Shown here: in pieces, positions 18,184 to 26,738 of the stretch
How positions within the stretch are numbered: position 1 is the stretch's first letter
Layout of the letters: each line of letters opens with the position of its first letter
NCBI GenBank assembly: GCA_016187485.1
Contig: JACPJO010000004.1
Span: 121,349 to 185,348 of the forward strand
Direction: 5' to 3'
Source of the DNA: Candidatus Uhrbacteria bacterium
GTDB taxonomy: Bacteria > Patescibacteriota > Patescibacteriia > UBA9934 > UBA10169
Length of the DNA: 64,000 nucleotides
Made by a program: the position numbers and the translations under genes
The notes under the pieces: generated by a model
The model's database searches: none
The model's input: only the letters and a program-made list of their open reading frames with translations
What the model was told of the DNA's origin: nothing

Positions 18184-19074
18184 CTAGACGGGGCGAGCGG
18201 CCATATTGGCGTGCCGTTGACGTTGGTAGCAACTGGAGCAGATGGCCTTGCCGGTCTCGTTGCGAACCTGCACCGGTTTGACCTCACCACACGTGAAACA
18301 CTTCTCGTGCGTGGAGGGGTCTCGATAACGAGCTTTGTGATAGCAGTTCAGACAGATGGCTTCGCCGGTCTCGTTGCGAACCTCCACTCGTTTGACCTCG
18401 CCACACATGAAACACTTCTCGTGCCTGGAGGGGTCTTTGCGATAGCAGCTCGGACAGACGGCCCTGCCGATCTCGTTGCGAACCTCCACTCGTTTGACCT
18501 CGCCACACGCGAAACACTTCTCGTGCCTGGAAGGGTCTTTGCGATAGCAGTTCGGACAGATGGCTTCGCCGGTCTCGTTGCGAACCTGCACTCGTTTGAC
18601 CTCGTCACACACGAAACACTTCTCGTGCGTGGAGGGGTCTCGATAACGAGCCGTCTGATTGCAGTTCGGACAGATGGCTCCGCCGGTCTCGTTGCGCGCA
18701 GCCACCGGTTTGACCTCTCCACATTCCGAGCACTTCTCGTGAGTAGAAGGGTCGTGGTAGCGAGCCCTCTGATAGCAGTTCAGACAGATGGCCTCGCCGG
18801 TCTCGTTGTGCATTGTCAGCGGTTTGACCTCGCCACACGTGAAACACTCCCCGCACCTGGAAGGGTCTTTGCGATAGCAGTTCGAACAGGTGGCTTTGCC
18901 GGTCTCGTTGCGCGCAGCTATCGGTTTGACCTCGCCACACATGAAACACTTCTCGTGAGTAGAAGGATCGTGGTAGCGAGCCCACTGATAGCAGTTCAGA
19001 CAGATGGCTTTGCCGATCTTACGGTTTTTACGGACAGTCCTGTGCCGTCCGCAGGTATCACAAACACCTTTCAC
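18184..19074 (-). CDS. Tandem zinc-ribbon repeat protein: eight consecutive C-x2-C-x16-C-x2-C modules (296 aa)
   Basis: GTG start with a strong AAGGAGG RBS 7 nt upstream. Repeat unit HEKCFxCGEVKxVxxRNETGxAICxNCY(QxARYxDPST/RKDPSR) x8. The opposite-strand ORF 18058..19134 is its shadow. Confidence 0.75.
   Translation of the reverse strand: MKGVCDTCGRHRTVRKNRKIGKAICLNCYQWARYHDPSTHEKCFMCGEVKPIAARNETGKATCSNCYRKDPSRCGECFTCGEVKPLTMHNETGEAICLNCYQRARYHDPSTHEKCSECGEVKPVAARNETGGAICPNCNQTARYRDPSTHEKCFVCDEVKRVQVRNETGEAICPNCYRKDPSRHEKCFACGEVKRVEVRNEIGRAVCPSCYRKDPSRHEKCFMCGEVKRVEVRNETGEAICLNCYHKARYRDPSTHEKCFTCGEVKPVQVRNETGKAICSSCYQRQRHANMAARPV
18200..19060. repeat. Coding tandem DNA repeat, unit about 99-114 bp x8
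   Basis: Recurring ...CGTTTGACCTCGCCACACATGAAACACTTCTCGTG... blocks at about 18393, 18492, 18591 and onward. Confidence 0.7.
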
Positions 19075-19174
19075 GGCTGCACCTCCTTTCGGTTTGGATC
19101 CTGGAAAAGAGCAGACTCAGATCACTTGATCTGACACCGCACCGTACGTTATTACTTGCTCCACGTCAAGGCTA

Positions 19175-19203
19175 AAACGAAAAAGAAATCCCTCTGGGAT
19201 TTC
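19175..19203 (-). terminator. Rho-independent terminator after the DHQS-like gene
   Basis: GAAATCCCtctgGGATTTC hairpin followed on the minus strand by TTTTTCGTTTT. Confidence 0.45.
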
Positions 19204-19225
19204 TCATGAATTGCATCACTACTTT

Positions 19226-20209
19226 TTAACAGCTAAATTCTTCGACCGACTTCGGAATCTTAAATTTATCACAAAATTTTACAAACAATGGCAACAAATC
19301 ACTTTTTACTAATTCCAGTTCACGATATATCCCCATTGCGACGGCGAGTCCGTGTGGAATTTCAAAATGGGTGTCTTCTTCAATTCGGTCAGAAAGTTCA
19401 TGCCCACCTCTCAAAATTTTCCGCGAGCCGTTTGCGTTTTCTTCCACATCGATTTTTAGACACACTGCTTTCAAAGTCGCGGTCCACAAAATTACTTTCA
19501 GTAAAGATTTTTTATTTGTGTACGGGTCGAAGTCTTGTGAAAGTAAAAAATCAAGAAGTGTCTGTGACTGATAAATTGCATGTTTTATCACTTCGCCAAG
19601 CCCAGTCGAAATTTGTCTTTCTGAAAGTGTTTCTAAAAATCGTGGGTCGAGAAGTATTTGGTTTGGCTCGTAAAAACTTTTGTAATAGTGCTTAAAAAAT
19701 CTTCCTTTATCAATCATGTTTACCCTAACCTTTCCACCGCTTCCATCTGCCATACCGATTACGGTTGTTGGAATTTGCACAAGCGGAACACCCAACAGCT
19801 CGGCAACATACGCGGCGACGTTAAGTGTCAATCCACCACCAATTCCAACAACCTCTTTCGCTCCGCTTTCTTTGATACGATTTTGTTCAATAAAGTTTTT
19901 GAGCCAACCCCATTCTTTAAAGGTTTCTTCTCTCGCTTCTTCAAAAAATACATTTTCTTTCGGGAGAAAATCTTTGAGAAAAGTATTTGATAAACCCTTG
20001 TCGCAAAAAATCAATTGTGAATTATTAAATGTATTTTTTGAAAGAGAAGAAACAGAGAGAGAATATGATTTTATCTCGTCACTTCGTGGGTGGAACGAAG
20101 GAACATCGAAAAACAATTCGAACGAAGAAAGTTTGTCGTCCGAGATATTTTTAAACTTTTCGTCAGTAGTGAGCGATTCATTAAGAATTTTTGAATAAAG
20201 ACCGTGCAT
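19226..20209 (-). CDS. 3-dehydroquinate synthase-like (sugar-phosphate cyclase / Fe-ADH superfamily) protein
   Basis: VVGIGGGLTLNVAAYVAELLGVPLVQIPTTVIGMADGSGGKVRVN (DHQS-like GGG...PTT...D..GGK nucleotide/metal block) and HGLAVAMG. The gene is markedly AT-rich (about 37% GC) compared with its neighbours. Confidence 0.65.
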   Translation of the reverse strand: MHGLYSKILNESLTTDEKFKNISDDKLSSFELFFDVPSFHPRSDEIKSYSLSVSSLSKNTFNNSQLIFCDKGLSNTFLKDFLPKENVFFEEAREETFKEWGWLKNFIEQNRIKESGAKEVVGIGGGLTLNVAAYVAELLGVPLVQIPTTVIGMADGSGGKVRVNMIDKGRFFKHYYKSFYEPNQILLDPRFLETLSERQISTGLGEVIKHAIYQSQTLLDFLLSQDFDPYTNKKSLLKVILWTATLKAVCLKIDVEENANGSRKILRGGHELSDRIEEDTHFEIPHGLAVAMGIYRELELVKSDLLPLFVKFCDKFKIPKSVEEFSC

Positions 20210-20294
20210 ATGATTAAAAAATTTTCTTCCCCCAAAATTGAATACGAATTAGTCGCCGAGCGAAGCGAACCAAAACTCTTTGACTTTTCCTGTC

Positions 20295-20371
20295 TGGTGC
20301 GGCCGGAAGGAGTCGAACCCTCGACCTCGTGGTCCGAAGCCACGCGCTCTATCCAGCTGAGCTACGGCCGC
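20295..20371 (-). tRNA. tRNA-Arg (anticodon TCG)
   Basis: GCGGCCGTAGCTCAGCTGGATAGAGCGCGTGGCTTCGGACCACGAGGTCGAGGGTTCGACTCCTTCCGGCCGCACCA folds as a cloverleaf with anticodon loop CTTCGGA. Confidence 0.85.
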
Positions 20372-20446
20372 ATAAGAAACGCAGGAACTGTAGCGGAAAT
20401 CTTGACGTAGGTCAACGAACACGGCATACTTCCTCTGCTTTTTCGT

Positions 20447-20522
20447 GGGCGCATAGCTCAGTTGGTAGAGCAGTTGGCTCTTAACCAAACGGTCGGAGGT
20501 TCGAATCCTCCTGCGCCCACCA
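20447..20522 (+). tRNA. tRNA-Lys (anticodon CTT)
   Basis: GGGCGCATAGCTCAGTTGGTAGAGCAGTTGGCTCTTAACCAAACGGTCGGAGGTTCGAATCCTCCTGCGCCCACCA with anticodon loop CTCTTAA. A GC hairpin (AAGCCCCGCcatgaGCGGGGCTT) follows at about 20563-20587. Confidence 0.85.
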
Positions 20523-20741
20523 GTCACCACAACTTCGAACCTCCAAGAACCCCAGCAAACAAGCCCCGCCATGAGCGGGGCTTGTGCGTTGGCGAAGTCG
20601 TCGTTGACGGGCGAATCAGCAGCAGCAGAGCCGCCTGTGGACAAGTCGGCGATGACTGACCACGAATTCGGACCACGATCGCACACGAGGGAGTAGAGTC
20701 ACCTGTAGAGCACCGTATGAAGAAGAGGGCTATTCATCTCC

Positions 20742-21560
20742 TTGCGCACCCGCGTCGCAGACCCGCCACCGGTAGGCGGCGTCGACTACGTCAACCGTCC
20801 CACTCCGCGCGGGCAGCCGCTTGCTGCCGCGTCACGCAACCGGAAGCTCGTCGTGCTGTCCGGGTTTTTCGCGTTCCTCAAGGAGAAGGGCCATGCGTCC
20901 GCAGATCCGACGGCGGGCGTGCCGTGGAGCCGGCTCACCCGGTCGGAGCGGCCTGCATTGACCGGCGCCGAGATCGGGCGGTTGCTCCGAGCCACGGAAC
21001 GGGCGCGAAGTCCCTGGGCGGCGGCGCGCGACGCCGCGCTCGTCTCGGTGCTGTTCCATGTCGGCCTGCGGCTCGCCGAGCTGGTGGCCCTCGACGTGGA
21101 CCAGGTGGACCTGCGGGCCGGCCTGCTCTTGGGCGTCAAGCGCAAGGGTGGCAACTCCCAGCCGTTGCCGCTCAACGAGTCAGCGAGGAACGCGCTCTCG
21201 GCCTGGCTGGAAGTTCGTGGCGAGGCCACTTCGTCGGCGCTTCTGCTGTCGCAGACCCGCGGTCGGCTGTCGCGTCGAGCCGTCGAAGCGCGGGTCGCGA
21301 CGCTCGGCCGCGTGGCCGGTTTCTCGTTCAACGTCTCGCCGCACATGCTTCGGCACGGGTTCGCGACGGAGATTCTCGCCGCCGGCGCGAACCTCGAAGA
21401 AGTCCGGCGACTGCTCGGGCACACCAGCATCCTGACGACCAGCCGGTATCTGCATCCCGACGGCAAGGCGCTGCGGGCGGCGGTCAACCGCCTGTCTCGA
21501 CCAGCTCGACGACGGGGTGGCGATGGAACTGGAAAACCAGAAGGGGTCGAAGACCCTTGA
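20742..21560 (+). CDS. Tyrosine recombinase/integrase (XerC/XerD-phage integrase family). The catalytic domain is intact but the N-terminal core-binding domain is missing.
   Basis: ...LLRATERARSPWAAARDAALVSVLFHVGLRLAELVALDVDQVDL...HMLRHGFATEILAAGANLEEVRRLLGHTSILTTSRYLH carries the R...K...HxxR...H...Y catalytic signature. The frame opens at 20721 (a stop lies just upstream) with a TTG start, so about 70 N-terminal residues of the usual fold are absent. Confidence 0.7.
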   Translation: MRTRVADPPPVGGVDYVNRPTPRGQPLAAASRNRKLVVLSGFFAFLKEKGHASADPTAGVPWSRLTRSERPALTGAEIGRLLRATERARSPWAAARDAALVSVLFHVGLRLAELVALDVDQVDLRAGLLLGVKRKGGNSQPLPLNESARNALSAWLEVRGEATSSALLLSQTRGRLSRRAVEARVATLGRVAGFSFNVSPHMLRHGFATEILAAGANLEEVRRLLGHTSILTTSRYLHPDGKALRAAVNRLSRPARRRGGDGTGKPEGVEDP

Positions 21561-21711
21561 CCCCGACCATGCGCCCTCTATAGACGAGGACGCAAGCGAC
21601 GCTGCCGGTCACGGTCACGCTCTTGTATTCTAAACATACGTTCAGTATACTGGTTCCTGACAGCGTGTCGCGACCCGCGCCGTTCAAGCCGCAGCATTCA
21701 TTGGAGCACAC

Positions 21712-21918
21712 ATGAGAGTGCAATACGCACGCCTGATCCGTTCGTTGGCACTCATGACAATTGGCTGGCTACTCCTACTCTACACCCCTCCGAACTTACC
21801 ACTCCCTCCGCTCGGCCCGCGCCTCACGTCCTCGCAGTACCTTCTCATCCACGCGATCGCCCTCTTCGCGATAATCCTGTCCCATCGATTGGATCTGCCG
21901 CGCCGGAAACGACCTTAG
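21712..21918 (+). CDS. Small hypothetical membrane protein (68 aa)
   Basis: GGAG 8 nt upstream and one predicted TM helix. Lies inside the island; low confidence. Confidence 0.2.
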   Translation: MRVQYARLIRSLALMTIGWLLLLYTPPNLPLPPLGPRLTSSQYLLIHAIALFAIILSHRLDLPRRKRP

Positions 21919-21977
21919 GTCGATCCGGCACTGGCCTACCCACCCGCTAAATGCGGGTGTTTCCATCTCCCCAGGAA

Positions 21978-22349
21978 TCAAACGTTGCGAGTTCGCATCC
22001 GACCGCGCTGGCGCCGAATCGCGTTTGTGGCGATGACCAACAGAGCGGCGGACGCGCCATTGGCACCCACCAAGATCAACGCACTGACGGCGACATCGGC
22101 GAAAGACACGTGAGATTGCGGTGCGTGACCCCAGAGGGTCTTGAGCAGCATCCCGACTAGAAAGACGAACAGCCCGAGTTCCATCGCAACGAGCGTGGCC
22201 CGCACACTTAGGCGGGATGCGCCCTCGAATGCCAGTTTCGCTATGTGTTCAGCGACCAGGGAGCCGACGATCACGACCACAGCGAACGACATCCATTGCA
22301 AGACTTGTTCGAACACACGAAGTCTCCCGCAGCGCACATACAGTTTCAC
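21978..22349 (-). CDS. Hypothetical membrane protein (123 aa)
   Basis: Two or three hydrophobic helices. It is in the same frame as the upstream ORF 22356..22772, separated only by a TAG and 2 codons. Confidence 0.3.
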   Translation of the reverse strand: MKLYVRCGRLRVFEQVLQWMSFAVVVIVGSLVAEHIAKLAFEGASRLSVRATLVAMELGLFVFLVGMLLKTLWGHAPQSHVSFADVAVSALILVGANGASAALLVIATNAIRRQRGRMRTRNV

Positions 22350-22355
22350 GCAACC

Positions 22356-22772
22356 CTACGCGAGTGGTCCCCTCTCCTTCACGATCACGAAAAGTACGAG
22401 GAGAGCTTCCAGGAGCAAGACAGCGCCCGCGACGAACAGCATTGCCCCGATGTCAGTCATCCTAAAAGTAACCGCAGCGAGCAGCATGGCGCCTACACAC
22501 ACCAGTGCAACAGACGCAGCGACGAACCCATCTCGGACTCGCGAGTCAACGCGCGCATCGTCAACCGATGGCAACACTGCGGTCACGGCTGCCGGATCGA
22601 CAGTGTCAGCCCCAAACACGCGACTGAAGGTAGCACCGTCGGGTCCCACGCTCACGGAGAGAAGCAGGCGTTCCATGATCCCTTCCTCTGCGATCCCAGA
22701 CTTGAGCATATCCCGGCTAATGATCCGTACTTCAGCGAGTCCCGCAGGGTCATCGTCCTTGACGTCTCGCAT
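22356..22772 (-). CDS. Hypothetical membrane protein (138 aa), possibly one gene with 21978..22349 interrupted by an in-frame amber codon
   Basis: C-terminal TM helices (VALVCVGAMLLAAVTF..., FVAGAVLLLEALLVLFVIV). The plus-strand ORFs 22141..22826 are Ser/Thr/Ala/Arg-rich shadows. Confidence 0.3.
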   Translation of the reverse strand: MRDVKDDDPAGLAEVRIISRDMLKSGIAEEGIMERLLLSVSVGPDGATFSRVFGADTVDPAAVTAVLPSVDDARVDSRVRDGFVAASVALVCVGAMLLAAVTFRMTDIGAMLFVAGAVLLLEALLVLFVIVKERGPLA

Positions 22773-22776
22773 TCTC

Positions 22777-23685
22777 CTAGACCTCCCACTCCGGCAGCCG
22801 TGCGGAATTTAGGCGCCAGAGGCTGAGGAGCGCCGCAACCGTTGTCTGGAACGCCCGCCCGGAGTCCTTCTCCCGTCGCCACGCCTCGTTGTCGTTGAAC
22901 TCCGACCACCGGTAGCGCGTCATGGCAGCGAGAATCACACTCCCGGGTATCGACTCACCCAGCGACTCGCCTGCCCGGAGCTTCTGCAGGGCGGCAATGG
23001 ACGAGGACCCAGTTGAGTCAATACTACTCGCCGGCGCGATCACGCCTCGGAGGACCTTGCGGAGCATGGGGGCAGACTGATCACTCGCCCCAAGAGTCGT
23101 GAGAGCCGACGCCACACTCCTGCAACACGAGACGGCGACTTCGACTGCAGCAGGCACGAGATATGGAGATTCCAGGACATCGGCGACTACACGCCGACGA
23201 GACTGGACGAGTCTGTCAGCGAGTCTCCGCCACACGTACCCAAAGTACTCCGCGCCATCCGTGCAACGTCTCTCGATCCACCGGCCGAGTATCAGCACGG
23301 GTGGACGCGCGATCATCTCCATTGCTTCGAGGAACTCGGCAGCCCCCCAAGAGAGCAACTCGCGCGGCGAGTATTGCTCAACGAGTCCAGTAACCATTCC
23401 CATGGCGGCGAAGCGCGCGCAACTCGTTGCCACGGCCGCTCCGAAACGCGCTGAGTCCTGGTACTGCGAGGCGACTACCCCGAACAGCCCCTTAAGATAG
23501 CGGTCGGCATCGAGCTCAAAGCCGATACCGAACGCAAACAGGTCTGGCAAGAACTCAACCACCTCCGGGTTGAGCAGCCGCCCGGCGCCTTCGGATGTCC
23601 GCGCAACCCGCTCAGCGAAGACATGTCGAGCAGCGAAGTGCCCGGCTTCGTGCGCGATGGGCCACCATCGGTAGACATCGAACAT
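22777..23685 (-). CDS. HEXXH-motif protein (candidate ImmA/IrrE-like zinc metallopeptidase); the motif lies only 10 residues from the N-terminus, so the gene is possibly 5'-truncated
   Basis: WWPIAHEAGHFAARHVF (HExGHxxxxH). The reading frame has a stop 40 codons upstream and no ATG/GTG/TTG in between. Confidence 0.35.
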   Translation of the reverse strand: MFDVYRWWPIAHEAGHFAARHVFAERVARTSEGAGRLLNPEVVEFLPDLFAFGIGFELDADRYLKGLFGVVASQYQDSARFGAAVATSCARFAAMGMVTGLVEQYSPRELLSWGAAEFLEAMEMIARPPVLILGRWIERRCTDGAEYFGYVWRRLADRLVQSRRRVVADVLESPYLVPAAVEVAVSCCRSVASALTTLGASDQSAPMLRKVLRGVIAPASSIDSTGSSSIAALQKLRAGESLGESIPGSVILAAMTRYRWSEFNDNEAWRREKDSGRAFQTTVAALLSLWRLNSARLPEWEV

Positions 23686-24208
23686 CGATGTCGTCGTCAG
23701 ATCAATTACACCGAGGCGGTGCGAATACGGGACTCTTGGATCGAACCCAAATGTAACGAGGCCGCCCGTGCGAAGTTCTGCTCCTCGGCAAGCACAAGGA
23801 AGTCAACACCTGGACCGATTGGGACCGCTGGCTTTGTGGACACCGCTTCTCCGCGTTTGGGATCGCCAGTCTACGTACAGTAAGTCAAGTAGGTTAGAGT
23901 TTATAGCCGAAGCGGAGCAGTCTCGCAAGAAAAGCTCTTGCCACGGAGACATGTCCTTAGCTAGAACGAAAGCGCCCGGCCGGACAGAAGTCCGACCGGG
24001 CTAGAGAGCGTCGCGACGACGCGGTGTTCGGGCAGGCACCCGAATCCCCGCCTGCGCGGCGTAGACGGCGCGGTAATGCTGTCGCGCCGCCGCCTTCCAC
24101 CCGCCCACGGTGCAACACACCGGAGGAGAGCGACATGCAGGCCGCGACGCATCCCTTGTAGCCTATTGAGGCCACAGACCGCAACGTCTGTCAAGCACAC
24201 GTAACTCT

Positions 24209-25126
24209 TCAACTTTCCCGGCTCCCCAAGCTGGTGCGGGAATCTCTGTCCCGTGCCGGCTCCCGGTGAGTCCTTGTCCAGGCGGCCCGGCAACCGTCGG
24301 GCGACCTTGAGGAACCCCCATGTCCGCTCTGTATCGGCCTGCCCCGACCTCCACTTCTCCGCTCCCCACCCTCGCCCTCGACCTGGTCTGCCGCGACCTC
24401 GTGCTCCGGCTTCAGCCCCCGATTCGCATCAAGGTCATCGCCGCACTCGCGGCCGGCGAGCGCGATCCCAGCCGGGTCGCCGAGCACGCCTCGCAGATCC
24501 GCCGGAGGATCGGCTGGCCACGCGACGTTCGGACGTCGATTTGCCGTGCTGACCTCGTACGTATCCTGCGTCGCCTGCTCGATGTTCGCCCAGCACGAAG
24601 GCGTGACGCGGAAGGCTGCCCCTGCCGACGGACCCTCGAAGAAGTCCAGGCCCGAATCCTGAGCTCCGTCATGCACGAAGTGGTTTCGGACCGAATACGA
24701 TATGGCAGCAGGCCAGCCGAACGATTGCCGGATCGAGTCGAAGAGCGCCGAAGCGGTGTCTCGCTTCGATGTTTTTCGGACGATGAACTGCGAGATCAGC
24801 CGCGCAGGCGACTTCGAGTTGCGGCCGGCTTCAGGAGTGCAGAGCACCCGACCGACAAGCCCAGTAACTGAGTCCGAGATCGCCCAGGTAGTTGTAAGAT
24901 AAGCGGAAACTCCCAGGAATCGAGCGTTTCGAAACCTGACGCGAGTGGCGCCAAAGGGGACGCGATCGTCACCGTCAACGCGCTTCTCAAGGTCGGCCAA
25001 GAAGGTTCGTGCGTCTTCGCGGGCAATGATCAGGTCACGCCACCGATCTACTTCGAGACGACTGTCGACCATGCCCCGGAACCCGTCCTCGACTTCCTTT
25101 GGCAACGCGCTTGGACAGCGCAACAA
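24209..25126 (-). CDS. Hypothetical protein (island); the N-terminal about 200 aa are protein-like and the C-terminus is low complexity
   Basis: Ordinary aa composition in MLRCPSALPKEVEDGFRGMVDSRLEVDRWRDLIIAREDARTFLADLEK.... The plus-strand ORF 24320..24871 conflicts with it, and the coding strand is unresolved. Confidence 0.2.
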   Translation of the reverse strand: MLRCPSALPKEVEDGFRGMVDSRLEVDRWRDLIIAREDARTFLADLEKRVDGDDRVPFGATRVRFRNARFLGVSAYLTTTWAISDSVTGLVGRVLCTPEAGRNSKSPARLISQFIVRKTSKRDTASALFDSIRQSFGWPAAISYSVRNHFVHDGAQDSGLDFFEGPSAGAAFRVTPSCWANIEQATQDTYEVSTANRRPNVAWPADPPADLRGVLGDPAGIALAGRECGDDLDANRGLKPEHEVAADQVEGEGGERRSGGRGRPIQSGHGGSSRSPDGCRAAWTRTHREPARDRDSRTSLGSRES

Positions 25127-26738
25127 CGCCTTGTCGATACCGTCGTGCAGGGCTGTCGGGCCCGCTCAGCGTAGTCTGGATGTGGAACGAGAAGCCCTCG
25201 CTCCAGGTGTGCTGCCGTTCGAGCGACGTTGCCGGAACGAGCAGGGCGCTGAGGACACTGGCCCGGGCGGGAGTGGGGGCCTCCCTCGCTACATCCTCGA
25301 CGAGACAGACACCCAGGCGGGTTGCCGACCCCTCAAAGTCTGACCAAAACCCCGGGCCGCCTGCCAATGTTCTCCCAATGAGGTCCTTTGCCCGCTTTCC
25401 GTCGTTCGGTAGGCCACGTGCCCGCCTCGACGCGATTGAGAACTCCTCTTCGGCCACCGAGCAGAGTTCCTGCAGTATTCGATCCGGATCGTCCGCCGCC
25501 GTCGCTCCCATCGCGGCGTAGAAGAGCGGCCAGGCGAGCGTCAGGACAACGTCGTCGAGGCCGATGTTCCGCTCACCGAAGAGCCACTCGACGGACTCAG
25601 TCCTTACGGAGAGAGTACGCAGGCATCTGCAGAGCTCGACGCAGTCCAGGGGCCGGAACTCGGCCACAAGTTCAAGCAGTTCGCCGATTTTCACCCGCTG
25701 AGATGCTGAGCAGCGCTCGATGCCGGCGCGCAACTCGAACGCAAACCGCTCCAGGAGGCCGACGCGCCGTCCTGCTAGTCTCAAGATTCTCTCGCTCCTG
25801 GCAAGCGAAACAAGGACCGCGCGTCCTGCAACACTCAGATTCCCGGACAGTGACGCTTCTAGCACGCCCGTCAGTAGCGCTTCCGCGGCCTCCGAGGGTT
25901 GCAGCGACGCGGCACTGTCTCCGACATCGACGAACAGCCAGGTGCGCAGGACATGATCGCGAAGTACATCGGGCTTCAGCTCCACCAGCCTGTTCCGAGC
26001 GCCCCGTTCCGACAGAGCACGCCTGCGTACGAGGGACGCGATGGCGGCCCTCGCCGCCGGAATGCCAGGAAGCCCGGCGTTCTCGGCCAGGAGTTGGACC
26101 TGCGAGTCATCTTCCCGATTGACGGTACCTAGCAGGGCAACCCACCGGAGGAGAGTGTTGACCTGTTCTGCGGGAAGCTCTGTCTGCTGCTCCACCACCT
26201 CTCGGAGGTACACGTTCGCCAATCCGTCTGCGGTCTCTGGGCTCGCGTGCAGAGCGTGCAGGAGCGCCGGAGCGTCGACTCGGGCGAGAAGGGCAGCCGC
26301 TGCTTCCTCCTGCGAGGGCTTCTCTACTGCGGGCTCTGCCAGCGCCGGATGACGGCCGAACTCCATCCCAAGGGCGCCTACTACCGCTGCTACCCCGATG
26401 CCGATGGCCGCCATTGTCCCGCACGCTACACCCCCGTCCTTCAGTTCGACGCGGAGGTGGAGCAGCGGCTGGAGAACATCTCGCTTCCCCGGGAGACCGT
26501 GGTGTCCCTCAGCGCGGCCCTGGATCATCTTGCCGAAAAGCAGGAAGCAAGGTGCACCGAGGAACGGCGGAGTCTCGGCACGAAGCAGAGCCTGTTGCAA
26601 AACCAGCTCCTGCAGGTGACCGACGGCTACGTGCGAGGCGTGGTCCCCGCGGCTGCGTATGCGCCGCTCCGTGATCGTTACCAGGCGGAACTCAACCAGG
26701 TGGAAGCCTGCCTCCGGGCTCTGGACCGCGATGTCCAC
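25035..26738 (-). CDS. Long ORF (567 aa) of uncertain reality in 70% GC DNA
   Basis: No recognisable domain. It overlaps the clearly recognisable serine-recombinase fragment on the plus strand (26247-26738), so at least its 5' portion is probably a shadow. Confidence 0.12.
   Translation of the reverse strand: MDIAVQSPEAGFHLVEFRLVTITERRIRSRGDHASHVAVGHLQELVLQQALLRAETPPFLGAPCFLLFGKMIQGRAEGHHGLPGKRDVLQPLLHLRVELKDGGVACGTMAAIGIGVAAVVGALGMEFGRHPALAEPAVEKPSQEEAAAALLARVDAPALLHALHASPETADGLANVYLREVVEQQTELPAEQVNTLLRWVALLGTVNREDDSQVQLLAENAGLPGIPAARAAIASLVRRRALSERGARNRLVELKPDVLRDHVLRTWLFVDVGDSAASLQPSEAAEALLTGVLEASLSGNLSVAGRAVLVSLARSERILRLAGRRVGLLERFAFELRAGIERCSASQRVKIGELLELVAEFRPLDCVELCRCLRTLSVRTESVEWLFGERNIGLDDVVLTLAWPLFYAAMGATAADDPDRILQELCSVAEEEFSIASRRARGLPNDGKRAKDLIGRTLAGGPGFWSDFEGSATRLGVCLVEDVAREAPTPARASVLSALLVPATSLERQHTWSEGFSFHIQTTLSGPDSPARRYRQGVVALSKRVAKGSRGRVPGHGRQSSRSRSVA

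Noticed and set aside
18200-19060. Considered whether the about 100-bp tandem repeats could be a CRISPR array
   Set aside because: The repeats are contiguous with no unique spacers. They are in-frame and encode a coherent zinc-ribbon protein. No cas genes or leader are present.
18058-19134. 358-aa plus-strand ORF with its own internal repeats (…GLAGLVANLHRFDL…)
   Set aside because: It is the antisense shadow of the zinc-ribbon repeat gene. The minus-strand frame gives regular C-x2-C…C-x2-C modules, an AAGGAGG RBS and a terminator. The plus-strand frame has no RBS and a Gly/Leu/Ala-rich, low-information sequence.
22141-22826. Plus-strand ORFs 22141..22812 and 22245..22826 in the island
   Set aside because: They are Ser/Thr/Ala/Arg-rich low-complexity translations antisense to ORFs with clear transmembrane helices. 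They are judged shadows, but confidence in either strand is low.
25388-26122. 244-aa plus-strand ORF upstream of the serine-recombinase fragment, examined as a possible missing resolvase domain
   Set aside because: The sequence is extremely Arg-rich (RRRRAARRASGQRRRGR...) with no resolvase motifs (no catalytic Ser block). It is in a different frame from the zinc-ribbon fragment.
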